The notes: generated from the letters alone by a model not told the origin. DNA of 64,000 nt from an uncultured Alphaproteobacteria bacterium (GCA_934248075.1 CAKQKH010000002.1:47224-111223), one strand, 5' to 3'; counted from the stretch's first letter, positions 42,608-52,394 are shown. A program made the numbers and translations.

Positions 42608-42945
42608 CAAGAATATACTCGCCACTCACTGTGTTCGAGGCTCGGAATTATGCCTGATTTGCACCCCTGCTCCGTCATTGCGAGGTGAACATTAGTGAAC
42701 CGAAGCAATCCATATTGTTTCTTGATAAAAATGGATTGCTTCTCGCGGCTAATCGCCGTTCGCGCAATGACCCGCGACGACGGCTCCGCATTGTCATTCC
42801 GGCGGACGCCGGAATCCAGTGAAAAAACATGTCATGCCTCGATTGCGGAACGCAATCGTCAGGGCATCTTCCGTACTGACATTTAAAAAGCTCGGAAGAC
42901 CGCTTGACCTCGGGCGAGAATACTCGCCTCTCGGAGCGGTGACAG
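42608..42945. repeat. Mosaic cluster of palindromic repeat elements (families D, C, IPAxAGMT-type and A inverted)
   Basis: D at 42608-42666 matches 45506-45555. C at 42694-42776. cattccggcggacgccggaatccag is an IPAFAGMT-type element. 42890-42945 is the reverse complement of the 3' half of family A. Confidence 0.8.
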
Positions 42946-43333
42946 TCTTTATTCTTCCTCACCCCCATCTAAATCGTCTAACTTGGTAGGTTCGCCTATA
43001 ATGGCTCACCAACCGCGTGTCGGGCACTTGTTTACTAGTTTCGCTGTGTTTGCTTACACGCTGCGCTAGCTCAACAAGTAAACTTACGTCGCTTGCGGCA
43101 AAAACAGTCTGTACTTTGACTGTTTTTATCCTCGCGCCCCGTCAAGGGGGAAGACTTATAAGGCAATATCTTTTAACAGATACTATAATAACCAGCACTA
43201 TCTCCAGCGAGGGCGGATAGTGGAATTTATAGAGTAATTTCTAGGTGCGGAAAAGCGGAGCGTACACGACCAGTACGTGAGCATTTTACGTCACCGTAAA
43301 ATTGCTCTAGAAAACCGCTAGACGCCCTCGCCT

Positions 43334-45241
43334 CTAAAACAGCTTTAGCACAGCCTGCGCCGCTTGCGATGCCAGCGACAGGGAGTTGATAGCCAACTGT
43401 TGTCTGGTTTGCAAAGAAAGCATATTGGCGGATTCTTCGTTCATATCGGCAAGGGTTAGCTTATCCGCGCCCTCGGTCAGAATATTTATCAAATTCTCGG
43501 TGAATTCCTGCCGATTGGTAATGATTGAATAATTATTCCCCAACTCCGCCGTAAAAGCTCTAATACTTTTCAAGGCGCCGGCGATTTCTTTTAGGCTCTG
43601 GGCGATATCGCCTTGATTCTGCCAATCAATCGTATTCAGCCCCAGCGCGCCGGCTGACATATCTTTACCATTAACATTCAAATCGGCGTCGCCTTTTTCA
43701 TTAAACCGCACGTTCAGTTTTTCATTTTTGAGTAGGTTTACTCCCTTGTATGACGAATCCTTAACCAGCGTATCATATTGATTTAAGATTCCGGTATAAG
43801 CCTTACCTTGTTCCGCTGTACTATTATTATAATTATATTCAGTTTGGCGTTCTGAGTTTTGCTTAGCCAAAATATCTGCTATGGCAACATCGGCCGTTTT
43901 AGTCTCTGCGGTTTTAGTAAAATTTGCCCAAAATTCAGCTTTGGAGCCAACAGTTTCATTTGAAATTGATTGGCTCTCAAAGACTTCTCCCTTATAGCTT
44001 AACTTTGCCCCTTTCACTGTGCTTAACAATATATTTGCCTGTTCAAAATCTATTTCTGAAAATAAATTCAACTCCACATCTGCGGAATTAATAGTTAAAT
44101 TCAATATGCGATCTTGCGTATTTGAACTAGAAGTCGCGCCAAAAATATTTAACTTAGCGCGATCATCAAGACTCACTTCGCGACTCAGAGACAAAGTAGC
44201 ATATCGAGATCCTTGCAAATTGGCCACACTGTCATCATGCATATAAAGATATGAACTTTCTAATGCATTTCCCCCACCATAAGCATTGATTCGTGACGAT
44301 CCAAATGTGTTTATGGTTGTACCTGCAAACACCCGCCCTTGTTTATCATTTATCTCCATATTAAGCACCGCGCCGTCTTCTAGGGTAATCTTGCTATTCA
44401 CAATTGTCTGTACATAATATTCGTCTTTTGTCGGGGAATAAAAATTATTAATTCCTCTCATCAAATAATTACCAGAACCAATACCATTAATATGATGCTC
44501 GACATCAGAACATAAGGCCGACTTTGAATTATCCAAAACCATATCCATATTCTGCCACACAATATCTCCTGAAGCACCATACGCAGTAATGACTTCGTTT
44601 TTCGGCCCATTACTGGCAAAAGCATGAATGGACAGATCAGAAAACATATGATTTTCACCCAAAACAGAAATAGCGTTTTTTTCATTAAGTTCGGTAAAGT
44701 CTATACTGATTTGTGAGAATTTATCGGTATCCGGTTCGGACACACCATAATAGCCGACCCCGACCAGATTTTGTCCGGCTTGCAAAATGATTGTGCTTTC
44801 AGCGGTGATGTTACCATAGATGACGATGTTGCCGGCTTTGCCACTGTCTAATGCGGCTTTCAGCTCGCTCCAATTACTGACCACTGCCGAAACATTGTCC
44901 TGACTTTCAAACCATTCTTTACTGGGGATTTTGGCGGTTTCTAAAGCGGAAGTAGCCACTGCCGCGGCCTGCTCAAGGAATGTCGCTCCGGTTTCTAAGG
45001 CTGTGGTGGCGGTTTTGATAGTGCTGACCGCTTGTCCCATGGAGTCAAGAAGCGCGTCTAAATCATTAGCGCGATTGTTTAAGGAACGCGCGGTGTAATA
45101 AGAACTGGGGTTATCAATAGCGGAGTTGACCTTGTTGCCGGTGGCGAGTTTATTTTGGGTAGCGCCAACCGTCCTGCTGATATTCTGCAGGCTCAACAAA
45201 TTGCTCCGCATACTCGCGGTTAGGCTGATGTTGCCGCTCAA
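43334..45241 (-). CDS. fliC: Flagellin (635 aa)
   Basis: N-terminal flagellin domain (LTASMRSNLLSLQN...TGNKVNSAIDNPSSYYTARSL) and C-terminal flagellin domain (LSLQTRQQLAINSLSLASQAAQAVLKLF). TTG start with SD ggag. FlgL cannot be fully excluded. Confidence 0.75.
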   Translation of the reverse strand: MSGNISLTASMRSNLLSLQNISRTVGATQNKLATGNKVNSAIDNPSSYYTARSLNNRANDLDALLDSMGQAVSTIKTATTALETGATFLEQAAAVATSALETAKIPSKEWFESQDNVSAVVSNWSELKAALDSGKAGNIVIYGNITAESTIILQAGQNLVGVGYYGVSEPDTDKFSQISIDFTELNEKNAISVLGENHMFSDLSIHAFASNGPKNEVITAYGASGDIVWQNMDMVLDNSKSALCSDVEHHINGIGSGNYLMRGINNFYSPTKDEYYVQTIVNSKITLEDGAVLNMEINDKQGRVFAGTTINTFGSSRINAYGGGNALESSYLYMHDDSVANLQGSRYATLSLSREVSLDDRAKLNIFGATSSSNTQDRILNLTINSADVELNLFSEIDFEQANILLSTVKGAKLSYKGEVFESQSISNETVGSKAEFWANFTKTAETKTADVAIADILAKQNSERQTEYNYNNSTAEQGKAYTGILNQYDTLVKDSSYKGVNLLKNEKLNVRFNEKGDADLNVNGKDMSAGALGLNTIDWQNQGDIAQSLKEIAGALKSIRAFTAELGNNYSIITNRQEFTENLINILTEGADKLTLADMNEESANMLSLQTRQQLAINSLSLASQAAQAVLKLF

Positions 45242-45266
45242 TTTACCCTAACTCCGGCTTTCGTTA

Positions 45267-45294
45267 ATATACCATAAGCCATTATGGTATATTG
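45267..45294. promoter_or_regulatory. Perfect 12-bp inverted repeat in the flagellin upstream region
   Basis: aatataccataa-gcca-ttatggtatatt, lying 26-53 bp upstream of the flagellin start. Confidence 0.4.
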
Positions 45295-45396
45295 ACGATA
45301 AAAGCCAAGCCGTTCCCGCAGTTTTCAACAAGATATTTTGCAAAATTGCTATAAAAAAGGTTAATCAGTCGGAAAATGACAATGAGAAGTAGGTTC

Positions 45397-45592
45397 TGTC
45401 ACTCTGAGCAAAGCGAAGAGTCCATATTGTTTCTTGATAAAAATGGATTGCTTCTCACGGCTAAACGCCGTTCGCGCAATGACCCGCGCGGCGGGCGGCG
45501 CATAACAAGAATTTACTCGCCACTCACTTTGTTCGAGGCTCGGGATATTGCACCTTTAGGAATCTCCCCTTGATTTCAAGGGGAGGAATTAG
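45397..45592. repeat. Mosaic repeat cluster (family C variant, family D, family A fragment)
   Basis: C-like at 45397-45490. D at 45506-45555. ctccccttgatttcaaggggagg at 45567-45589. Confidence 0.8.
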
Positions 45593-45675
45593 ATAGAGTG
45601 CGGACATCGTCACATCATCTTAAATTATAAAGTATGCCAACAATAAACTTTTCTAGCACTATCGCTTAGTTTTCA

Positions 45676-45706
45676 ACAAAAAGGCTCTGCAATGCAGAGC
45701 CTTTTG
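45676..45706 (-). terminator. Terminator of the DUF1013 gene (bidirectional hairpin)
   Basis: Stem ggctctgca / tgcagagcc flanked by aaaaaa and ttttg. Confidence 0.75.
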
Positions 45707-45722
45707 AATAAAAAGATGTGCG

Positions 45723-46487
45723 CTATTTTTTCTTAGCGGTTGTCTTTTTGGCCGGAGCTTTCTTAGCAGCCGTCTTTTTGGCTGGGGCTTTCTTTACGGT
45801 CTTTTTGGCCGGAGCTTTCTTTACGGTCTTTTTGGCCGGAGCTTTCTTTACGGTCTTCTTAGCCGGAGCCTTCTTTACGGCCTTTTTAGCAGGAGCCTTT
45901 TTGGCGGCCGGTTTCTTAGCCGGAGCCTTTTTGGTCTTTTTGGCTTTCACTTTCTTTTCTTTAACCGGTTTTGGCTGAGCGGCAAATAACGCTTTTTCAA
46001 GCTCCTGCTCGCTACACAAGCCGATGGTAACCGGATTTTTAGGACGAATATTAGCGGCATCGCGATGCGTACCATTGCGAACAGCTTCAATTGTCGGCTT
46101 AGTGGTGCCAATCAGCTTGCAAACCTGACTATCCTTGAGCTGCGGATAATTTTTAATCACCCAAGCAATGGCATTGGGTTTGTCTTCGCGCTGAGACGGA
46201 GATAAAACTTTTTTGGCCTTAAGATTACGCTCTTTGACGTTTCTTTCCATTTGATTAGCCTGCAAAGACGCTGTCTTATCAGCCTCACAACGATGAATTT
46301 CGTCCCAGCTCAACTGGCCGTTGTCAATTGGCGAAAGCCCACGAATATTGCCGGAAACATCGCCGTCGGCAATAGCCTGAATCTCAAGTTCATGAATTTC
46401 GCAAAAATTGGAAATCTGACGAAATGTAAGAGTTGTGTTCTCAACCAACCATACGGCTGTGGCCCGTGGCATAAGAGGAGCTGTCAT
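45723..46487 (-). CDS. DUF1013 protein with a histone-H1-like KAPAKK tail
   Basis: MPRATAVWLVENTTLTFRQISNFCEIHELEIQAIADGDV is the conserved alphaproteobacterial DUF1013 N-terminus. Start at ATG 46487 with SD aagga. The C-terminus has 27-nt tandem repeats encoding (V/A)KKAPAKKT. Confidence 0.7.
   Translation of the reverse strand: MTAPLMPRATAVWLVENTTLTFRQISNFCEIHELEIQAIADGDVSGNIRGLSPIDNGQLSWDEIHRCEADKTASLQANQMERNVKERNLKAKKVLSPSQREDKPNAIAWVIKNYPQLKDSQVCKLIGTTKPTIEAVRNGTHRDAANIRPKNPVTIGLCSEQELEKALFAAQPKPVKEKKVKAKKTKKAPAKKPAAKKAPAKKAVKKAPAKKTVKKAPAKKTVKKAPAKKTVKKAPAKKTAAKKAPAKKTTAKKK
45735..45905. repeat. 27-bp tandem repeats (about 6 units) encoding the KKAPAKKTV tail
   Basis: ggccggagctttctttacggtcttttt units seen directly in the sequence. 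Confidence 0.85.
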
Positions 46488-46584
46488 AATAAAAATCCTT
46501 TCGTTTGTACAAAAAACAGAAAAACTATCCTTAGGATAGTTTTTCTTTGCACAATATACAAGCAAATTTTTAAGTTTTAGGCTC

Positions 46585-47427
46585 TTATTTATTAAAATAA
46601 CTGTTGTAAATGTCCGCCATATTCAAATATCCGACCTGCAGCATTTGCGCCGTGGCCTGATATCTCTGAGCCTGAATTTGCAAAGCGTTCACCGCAGACA
46701 AACTTCCGCTGGCGTCTGTTCCGGTGGTTAAAGGTATTTTGCTGGTGGTTTTGTTTTTGGTGTCTTCCGAGCGGCTCTCTATGGCAACATAGTCATGCTT
46801 GAAACTGCTACCCATTTGAACCTGCATCGCATAGGAAATTTCTTCTGATTTTGGGGTATCATCATCACGGCTGACTTTGAAATAATAATCCCCCTGCGAG
46901 GCTGCGTATTCGCCCTTAAGCATGGATCTCATGGTTTCGTACAATTTACTGCCCTTTTCAGCCGAGCTGTCGGCCACAAGCTGTTGGCGGCCAAAACGAT
47001 CCGTATAATAGACCTCAACTTTCATGCCCGGGGCGGTTGTTTCCAACAAGGCTTTATTTGCCTCTTCCTCAAGCTTTTTTTCCTGCTCTTTGGCATACCC
47101 TTCGGGATCAAGCTGTTTTCTTAAATCATTCAGGTAGGTTTCATATTTGGATAAATCCAGAACCTTGTCATTCCCTTTGCTGTTGCGCAAAGATAGCGCC
47201 AACTTGCCGCGATTACTGACTACCGTGGTTTTATAAATATCCACAGTGTCAAACTTAGAAAGCTCTCCAACAGCGGTAATGCGCGAATAATTAAGGCGGG
47301 TTTGCCCCAAATCGCGCGCATTGGCAAAAGTTTCATCGATATCGTTCATATCGACGACTCTCTTCTCCCAAGCCTTGGCGTTGCTGCCTTCAAGCGCAGT
47401 ACTTTTTAAGCTGTCTATACCTGACAT
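46585..47427 (-). CDS. Hypothetical protein (280 aa)
   Basis: Long ORF with a strong promoter upstream. No recognisable domain. Confidence 0.5.
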   Translation of the reverse strand: MSGIDSLKSTALEGSNAKAWEKRVVDMNDIDETFANARDLGQTRLNYSRITAVGELSKFDTVDIYKTTVVSNRGKLALSLRNSKGNDKVLDLSKYETYLNDLRKQLDPEGYAKEQEKKLEEEANKALLETTAPGMKVEVYYTDRFGRQQLVADSSAEKGSKLYETMRSMLKGEYAASQGDYYFKVSRDDDTPKSEEISYAMQVQMGSSFKHDYVAIESRSEDTKNKTTSKIPLTTGTDASGSLSAVNALQIQAQRYQATAQMLQVGYLNMADIYNSYFNK

Positions 47428-47448
47428 TGCCGGTTCTCCTTAACGCTA

Positions 47449-47484
47449 CCTTATAATTATAGCATTAGTTCTGACAAATAACAA
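47449..47484 (-). promoter_or_regulatory. Sigma-70 promoter
   Basis: On the minus strand: TTGTTA, a 17-nt spacer, then TATAAT, about 25 nt upstream of the ORF start at 47427. Confidence 0.5.
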
Positions 47485-47491
47485 TATTTTT

Positions 47492-49081
47492 TTAATCAAC
47501 AATCTTATATAACTCTTGGTCGATATTGAGATTTTTGAAGTTTTTCTCACCTAAAAAGTCAAGCGTGTATTCATTGTCGGCCAATTCTTTTTTGACATCT
47601 CCTGTCATGACAATCTCGTTGTTGTAAATATGCTCAAACATATCCGATAAATAAGCGCTGAGATTCGGCTTGTCATCGGTTTGCTTGGCAGTTATGGCGC
47701 AACAATTACGCATCAGCAAATTGTCATTGTCCAACTCATCATGATAGGTGTTGATATCTTTTATACACTCAACGGCAAATTTTAGGGCGTTGGCAAGCTT
47801 GCGGAAACGAACAGTTGTGATACCATCGGCCTCAATCACATCAATTCCGCTGTATTTGCTGACCAAATTATTAACAATATTACGAATTTGCGCGCTCACA
47901 TCGGCTGCTGTTTGCTCTTTGTCCGGCATGGCGGCATCCATAAATTTAAGATCGCTTTTGAGACTAACCAACGTATCTACGGTTGAAACCGGCTCAGCGG
48001 ACAGAGCAACAGTGTTCGTGTCTTTGGCGGCTTGAGGTTGTCGATCCATATGCGGATCGCTGTCTTGCGCCTCCCATTTATTAAAAGCAACATTGAGCAG
48101 ATTTTCGGCGATCGGCATTCCTCCGATAACCTGTGACATAAGATTGGCGCCAACTCCGGTCAACAAAATTGCCAGTTTATTATCCCGATAGGTGCGTTTG
48201 GCCTCGTAAAAAGCCTCTAAATCCGCCTTGTCGCCATCAATGATTTTGAGAGCGTCAAACAAAATTGAATTAGCTTCCGACATTTTCAGCCCGCTGTATC
48301 GAGCTAACTCCAAGCATCCGCCATAAATCATCAGTTTTAGCCCCAAACGAGAAAAACTGTTTTGCATGACCGTGGAAGACTGAATATGAGAAACCAACTC
48401 GCCCAAAAAAGAAATGATGTACTGCTTATATTCCAAAGGAGCCTCAGGGTAAGCCGATGCCACCACCGGATCACGATCGGAGTTAAGATTGTAGGCCTTA
48501 ATTAAATATTCGGCGCGATCATAAAATTTCTGCTCCTTAATCGGTTTGGCCTTTTCTGAGCCGGCAAACACATACCACGGAATACTCTTGAGCAAAAGCG
48601 GCACCGACATCGCCAAAAACACTACAAAAAACACGCCAAACAACACCGGACGGCTGTTTTCTTCGGGAATAAATATCTCTAACAGCGGAAACAACAAACT
48701 GACAAACAAATTTGCAAAAATCAGACTCACCGTAATCAGCAACACCAATTTTAGCAACGCGCTGGCTATGCCATTACGAGAAAGCGGAGTCTCTATAACC
48801 GGCAACGACGGCTGCTCATCATTTTCAACCGCAGAGCCTGCCCAACTGCGGGAACCGGACTTTTTTTTGCGATTGAGATTGCTGACGTACTCCACGCTTT
48901 CTTGATATGAATTGTCTTGAACATCAAAAATTTCTTTGATGATTTTAACTTTGAGCTTTTCCTGCTCACGCTCTTTGGCAAGATTAAAAGCATCTTGACG
49001 CTGCTCAGCGGCAAACCGATCTTCCAGCTGCCAGCCCTCGCCTTTATCCGTGTAAACTTCATAATGCGTAATCTTAATCAT
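47492..49081 (-). CDS. Hypothetical membrane protein (529 aa) with a possible degenerate class-III cyclase-like C-terminus
   Basis: Several TM helices in the middle. The C-terminal segments GIDVIEADGITTVRF...MRNCCAIT...YLSDMFEHI loosely resemble CHD cyclase motifs. The match is weak. Confidence 0.5.
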   Translation of the reverse strand: MIKITHYEVYTDKGEGWQLEDRFAAEQRQDAFNLAKEREQEKLKVKIIKEIFDVQDNSYQESVEYVSNLNRKKKSGSRSWAGSAVENDEQPSLPVIETPLSRNGIASALLKLVLLITVSLIFANLFVSLLFPLLEIFIPEENSRPVLFGVFFVVFLAMSVPLLLKSIPWYVFAGSEKAKPIKEQKFYDRAEYLIKAYNLNSDRDPVVASAYPEAPLEYKQYIISFLGELVSHIQSSTVMQNSFSRLGLKLMIYGGCLELARYSGLKMSEANSILFDALKIIDGDKADLEAFYEAKRTYRDNKLAILLTGVGANLMSQVIGGMPIAENLLNVAFNKWEAQDSDPHMDRQPQAAKDTNTVALSAEPVSTVDTLVSLKSDLKFMDAAMPDKEQTAADVSAQIRNIVNNLVSKYSGIDVIEADGITTVRFRKLANALKFAVECIKDINTYHDELDNDNLLMRNCCAITAKQTDDKPNLSAYLSDMFEHIYNNEIVMTGDVKKELADNEYTLDFLGEKNFKNLNIDQELYKIVD

Positions 49082-49163
49082 CAGAAATCTCTTTGCTCAT
49101 AAAAAAACCTACGTCTATGGTAACAGACGTAGGTTAATAAATAGTAAGCTCCAGCAAGCCCAA

Positions 49164-49400
49164 TTATTGGTTATCACCGGTTTTGAGACCGAAAGCACCG
49201 TACTTGCTCTTGAACTTAGAAAGCTGACCACCGGTATCTACCAAACGACGAACGCCAGTCCAAGCCGGATGAGATTTGGGATCTACTTCCAAATTGATAA
49301 CATCGCCGGCTTTACCCAAAGTCGAGCGAACTTTAACTTTTTCACCATCAGTCATTACATATGTAATTTCGTGATAATCAGGATGAATACCATTTTTCAT
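49164..49400 (-). CDS. rpmE: 50S ribosomal protein L31
   Basis: MKNGIHPDYHEI... Confidence 0.9.
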   Translation of the reverse strand: MKNGIHPDYHEITYVMTDGEKVKVRSTLGKAGDVINLEVDPKSHPAWTGVRRLVDTGGQLSKFKSKYGAFGLKTGDNQ

Positions 49401-49510
49401 CTTAAAAAACTCCTAAATTCGGTACACACAGTATAATTTTGATGACCTTATACATTAATCACTTGAAGAACGCAAGCATTATTTAAATATTTTTTAAAAA
49501 ATTATCAAGT

Positions 49511-50392
49511 TTAGTCCAATTCCTCAAGCTCGACAGTATTGGCTTTGCCGGAAGCGGCATCAACATTTACAACCTTAATGCTAAAGTTTTTGTATCCTTT
49601 AGGCAACAAGTAGCTGCGCACAGCAACCGCCCGATTAAGGCTCTGACGTTTCTTTTTGAAAGCATCTACCCCGTCATCAAGATTATAAGAATAAATGGCG
49701 ATTTTGTGGTTGGCGGCGTCCGCAAAAGAAGCAATTATCGCATCAACCTGCTGTTTTTGCGCTTCCGTCAACTCATCAACACCATCAGCAAAAACAATAT
49801 CATGACCTGATGATTGAGCAGGTTGCGGAGCGGCAGGCTCCTCCACAAGCAAAGCTGAAGACTCTGAAGAAACAATCGGCTCGGTTGTCGGCTCGGGCGC
49901 GATATCTTTCTTGGGCATTTCTGCCGGAGTCTCCGCCGGCACAACTGTTGGAGCCGCAGGACGGTTGTCAGCCTTGACTTCAGGCTCAATCGGCTTTGTC
50001 GGCTCAACATCTACGACCTCAACCGGCGCGGCGTCTTCAACATAGGGGATTTGGCGATGAGCATCAGCGGTCGGCGCTTGGAGCTGAGGCTGGGATTGCG
50101 GTTGCGGCTGGGATTGCGGTTGCGGCTGCGGCTGAGGCTTAGATGCTGTCTTTTTAATCTTTGCCACCGCCCGCGGCGCCGGTTTGGCCTTTTTGCCTTT
50201 GACCTTGGAAGCTACGGGAGCTTTTTTAACAATCGGAAACAGCGGCTCAGAAACCATTGCGGGATTAGAACCACTACCCAGCTCTTCCAGCACGGACAGG
50301 TTAACATAAACCGAATCATCTGCCGAGGCCGCGGCAACGCCGCACACGCACCCCAACAACAAGGCGGTAAAACTGAATTTTAGTTTCGTCAT
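49511..50392 (-). CDS. Lipoprotein with a (PQ)n tract and a divergent OmpA-like C-terminal domain
   Basis: Lipobox LLLGC. PQPQPQSQPQPQ repeats. The C-terminus follows the OmpA_C pattern but lacks the GHTD motif. Confidence 0.45.
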   Translation of the reverse strand: MTKLKFSFTALLLGCVCGVAAASADDSVYVNLSVLEELGSGSNPAMVSEPLFPIVKKAPVASKVKGKKAKPAPRAVAKIKKTASKPQPQPQPQSQPQPQSQPQLQAPTADAHRQIPYVEDAAPVEVVDVEPTKPIEPEVKADNRPAAPTVVPAETPAEMPKKDIAPEPTTEPIVSSESSALLVEEPAAPQPAQSSGHDIVFADGVDELTEAQKQQVDAIIASFADAANHKIAIYSYNLDDGVDAFKKKRQSLNRAVAVRSYLLPKGYKNFSIKVVNVDAASGKANTVELEELD

Positions 50393-50418
50393 CGTAAAAG
50401 CCCTTTCACAATCACAAG

Positions 50419-51183
50419 TTATTTATGCAGCAAAGCGTATAACTTTGGCCCTAATTCGGCATTGCTGGCGATAATATTGCCACTGGCCAACACAGCTGAC
50501 ATATCGGCAGTGCGAATATCTTTTTGATTGTATTCGTAAACATAACCGCCGGCCTCTTTTACCAGCAAAACTCCAGCAGCGTATGCGCCAAGATTGCTGT
50601 CTTGCGCAACCACACCTTCAAGCTTGCCGGCCGCCAACATGGCCAAATCCAAACTGAGAGCGCCATTAATTCTGACAGCAGCCACCGAATCGTCCAAACG
50701 GGAATCCGACATACCAAGCAGAGCATCTTTGAGATCCTTGCGCGCAGAAACACGCAAGCGCTCATGATTACGGTAGCCCTCTTTGAATGCGCCGCAGCCT
50801 TTTTCGGCAAAAAACAAATCCGCCGTCGCCGGATTGTAAATCACGGCTGAAGTGACCTGCCCTTTATCTACCACGGCGACTGAAACCGCAAAATACGGAA
50901 TACCATGCATAAAATTCAGACTGCCATCAAGCGGAGACACAACAAAACAGGGGGTCGCCGGCAAGTCTTTGGCCTCAGTAACCACGGCGTAATCCGGACG
51001 GCCTTTTTGCAATTCCACCCGTAATGCTTTGTTCATACGGTCAATTGCGGCTTTGGTGTATTCCTGATGACCACGCAAAGAAGTCTGGAGCTGCTCAATC
51101 TCATTAAAATCTCTGGTGAGCGAGCCTCCGACTTTTTTGATGGCGGTAATCAGGAAATTTAAGTTTGTAGAGATATAAGACAT
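50419..51183 (-). CDS. Inositol monophosphatase family protein
   Basis: IMPase motifs (DPLDGS, WDxAAG-like). Confidence 0.8.
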   Translation of the reverse strand: MSYISTNLNFLITAIKKVGGSLTRDFNEIEQLQTSLRGHQEYTKAAIDRMNKALRVELQKGRPDYAVVTEAKDLPATPCFVVSPLDGSLNFMHGIPYFAVSVAVVDKGQVTSAVIYNPATADLFFAEKGCGAFKEGYRNHERLRVSARKDLKDALLGMSDSRLDDSVAAVRINGALSLDLAMLAAGKLEGVVAQDSNLGAYAAGVLLVKEAGGYVYEYNQKDIRTADMSAVLASGNIIASNAELGPKLYALLHK

Positions 51184-51746
51184 TATTTGGCTCTCTCAAC
51201 ATAAGACGCATCAGCAGTAGCAACAACAATTTTGTCACCAGCGCCAACGAACGGAGGAATGGTGGTACGAACGCCGTTATCCAAAATGGCCGGTTTATAT
51301 GAAGATGAAACGGTTTGCCCTTTGATGACCGGCTCAGTCTCGGCAACAGTGCAAATCACCTGCAACGGCAACTCAATAGAGATTGGTTTGCTGTCGATAA
51401 CGCTGGCCTTAACTTGCATACCGTCAGTCAAAAACGGACGAGAATCTCCCAGAATATCCGCCGGCATGGTGAATTGTTCAAAAGTCTCGTTTTCCATAAA
51501 ATTCAGGCCGTTGGAATCTTCAAACAAAAACTGGCAGTCTTTGGTTTCAACCATCATTTTTTCAACAACATCTTCGGTGCGGAAACGTTCGTTGGTTTTG
51601 GTACCCTCTTCAACCGACTTCATCTCAACCTGCATAAAAGCACCGCCTTTGCCGGGTTTTACAAAGTTAGTTTTGGTAACTGTCCACGGTTTGTTTTTGT
51701 ATTCGATAACCCAACCGATACGAATTGAACCTGCTTGTTGTTTCAT
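51183..51746 (-). CDS. efp: Elongation factor P
   Basis: KPGKGGAF loop. 187 aa. Confidence 0.95.
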   Translation of the reverse strand: MKQQAGSIRIGWVIEYKNKPWTVTKTNFVKPGKGGAFMQVEMKSVEEGTKTNERFRTEDVVEKMMVETKDCQFLFEDSNGLNFMENETFEQFTMPADILGDSRPFLTDGMQVKASVIDSKPISIELPLQVICTVAETEPVIKGQTVSSSYKPAILDNGVRTTIPPFVGAGDKIVVATADASYVERAK

Positions 51747-51813
51747 TATTTTTCTCCTTAATTTGGCATTAGTACAGATAAGTTTATTGGCAACCTAATA
51801 TAAACTTTGCCAT

Positions 51814-52314
51814 TTAGCAACTAAAATCGTCATAATCTGATGAATTTATTATCACAAAATCAATATCCAACCCTTGAATATCGACCAGATCGGCGCTTAG
51901 ATCAACCGCAGATTGGATAAGGAATAACTCATTGTACCATTTTATAACTTGTGACGCGGCCGCCGCGTTGTCTTGAGTGTAACGAAAAGCCACAAACTCC
52001 GGCTCAGTCTCAGAGGCGAGCATGGCCTCGTGCCGCGTGGGATTGATAATGACGCCGAGAGCCTTGCGGGCGCCGATTTTCTCTCGCCACGGACGAATCT
52101 GAGCTTTTAGCGGTTTGGTAGAATCGACGGCAACAACGACTCCGTCATTGTCGGCAATGTTGGCATCACAAGAAGCCAAAACCAGTTTACCGCTGGCCGC
52201 GGCTTGACGTTGTTGCTCTACACTGGCATTGGCGCCCAGCCAATAACAGCATATGCGGTCAGAGGTGTAAATTTTGTCTTTAGGACTGTTAATTTTGAGG
52301 ATAATATCAGGCAT
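51814..52314 (-). CDS. Hypothetical protein, possibly thiamine-phosphate synthase (TenI/ThiE)-like
   Basis: Weak resemblance to the TMP-TENI fold. No firm motif. Confidence 0.35.
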   Translation of the reverse strand: MPDIILKINSPKDKIYTSDRICCYWLGANASVEQQRQAAASGKLVLASCDANIADNDGVVVAVDSTKPLKAQIRPWREKIGARKALGVIINPTRHEAMLASETEPEFVAFRYTQDNAAAASQVIKWYNELFLIQSAVDLSADLVDIQGLDIDFVIINSSDYDDFSC

Positions 52315-52394
52315 CTACTTGTAAAACTCAAACAGTTGGTTATTATGCTTTTGAATATAAGAGAATATTTTAAATTTAGAAAGAGAAATTTGCA

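Noticed and set aside
45718-45978. 86-aa ORF FLAGAFLAAVFLAGAFF...
   Set aside because: It is an antisense reading of the 27-bp KAPAKK-encoding tandem repeats.
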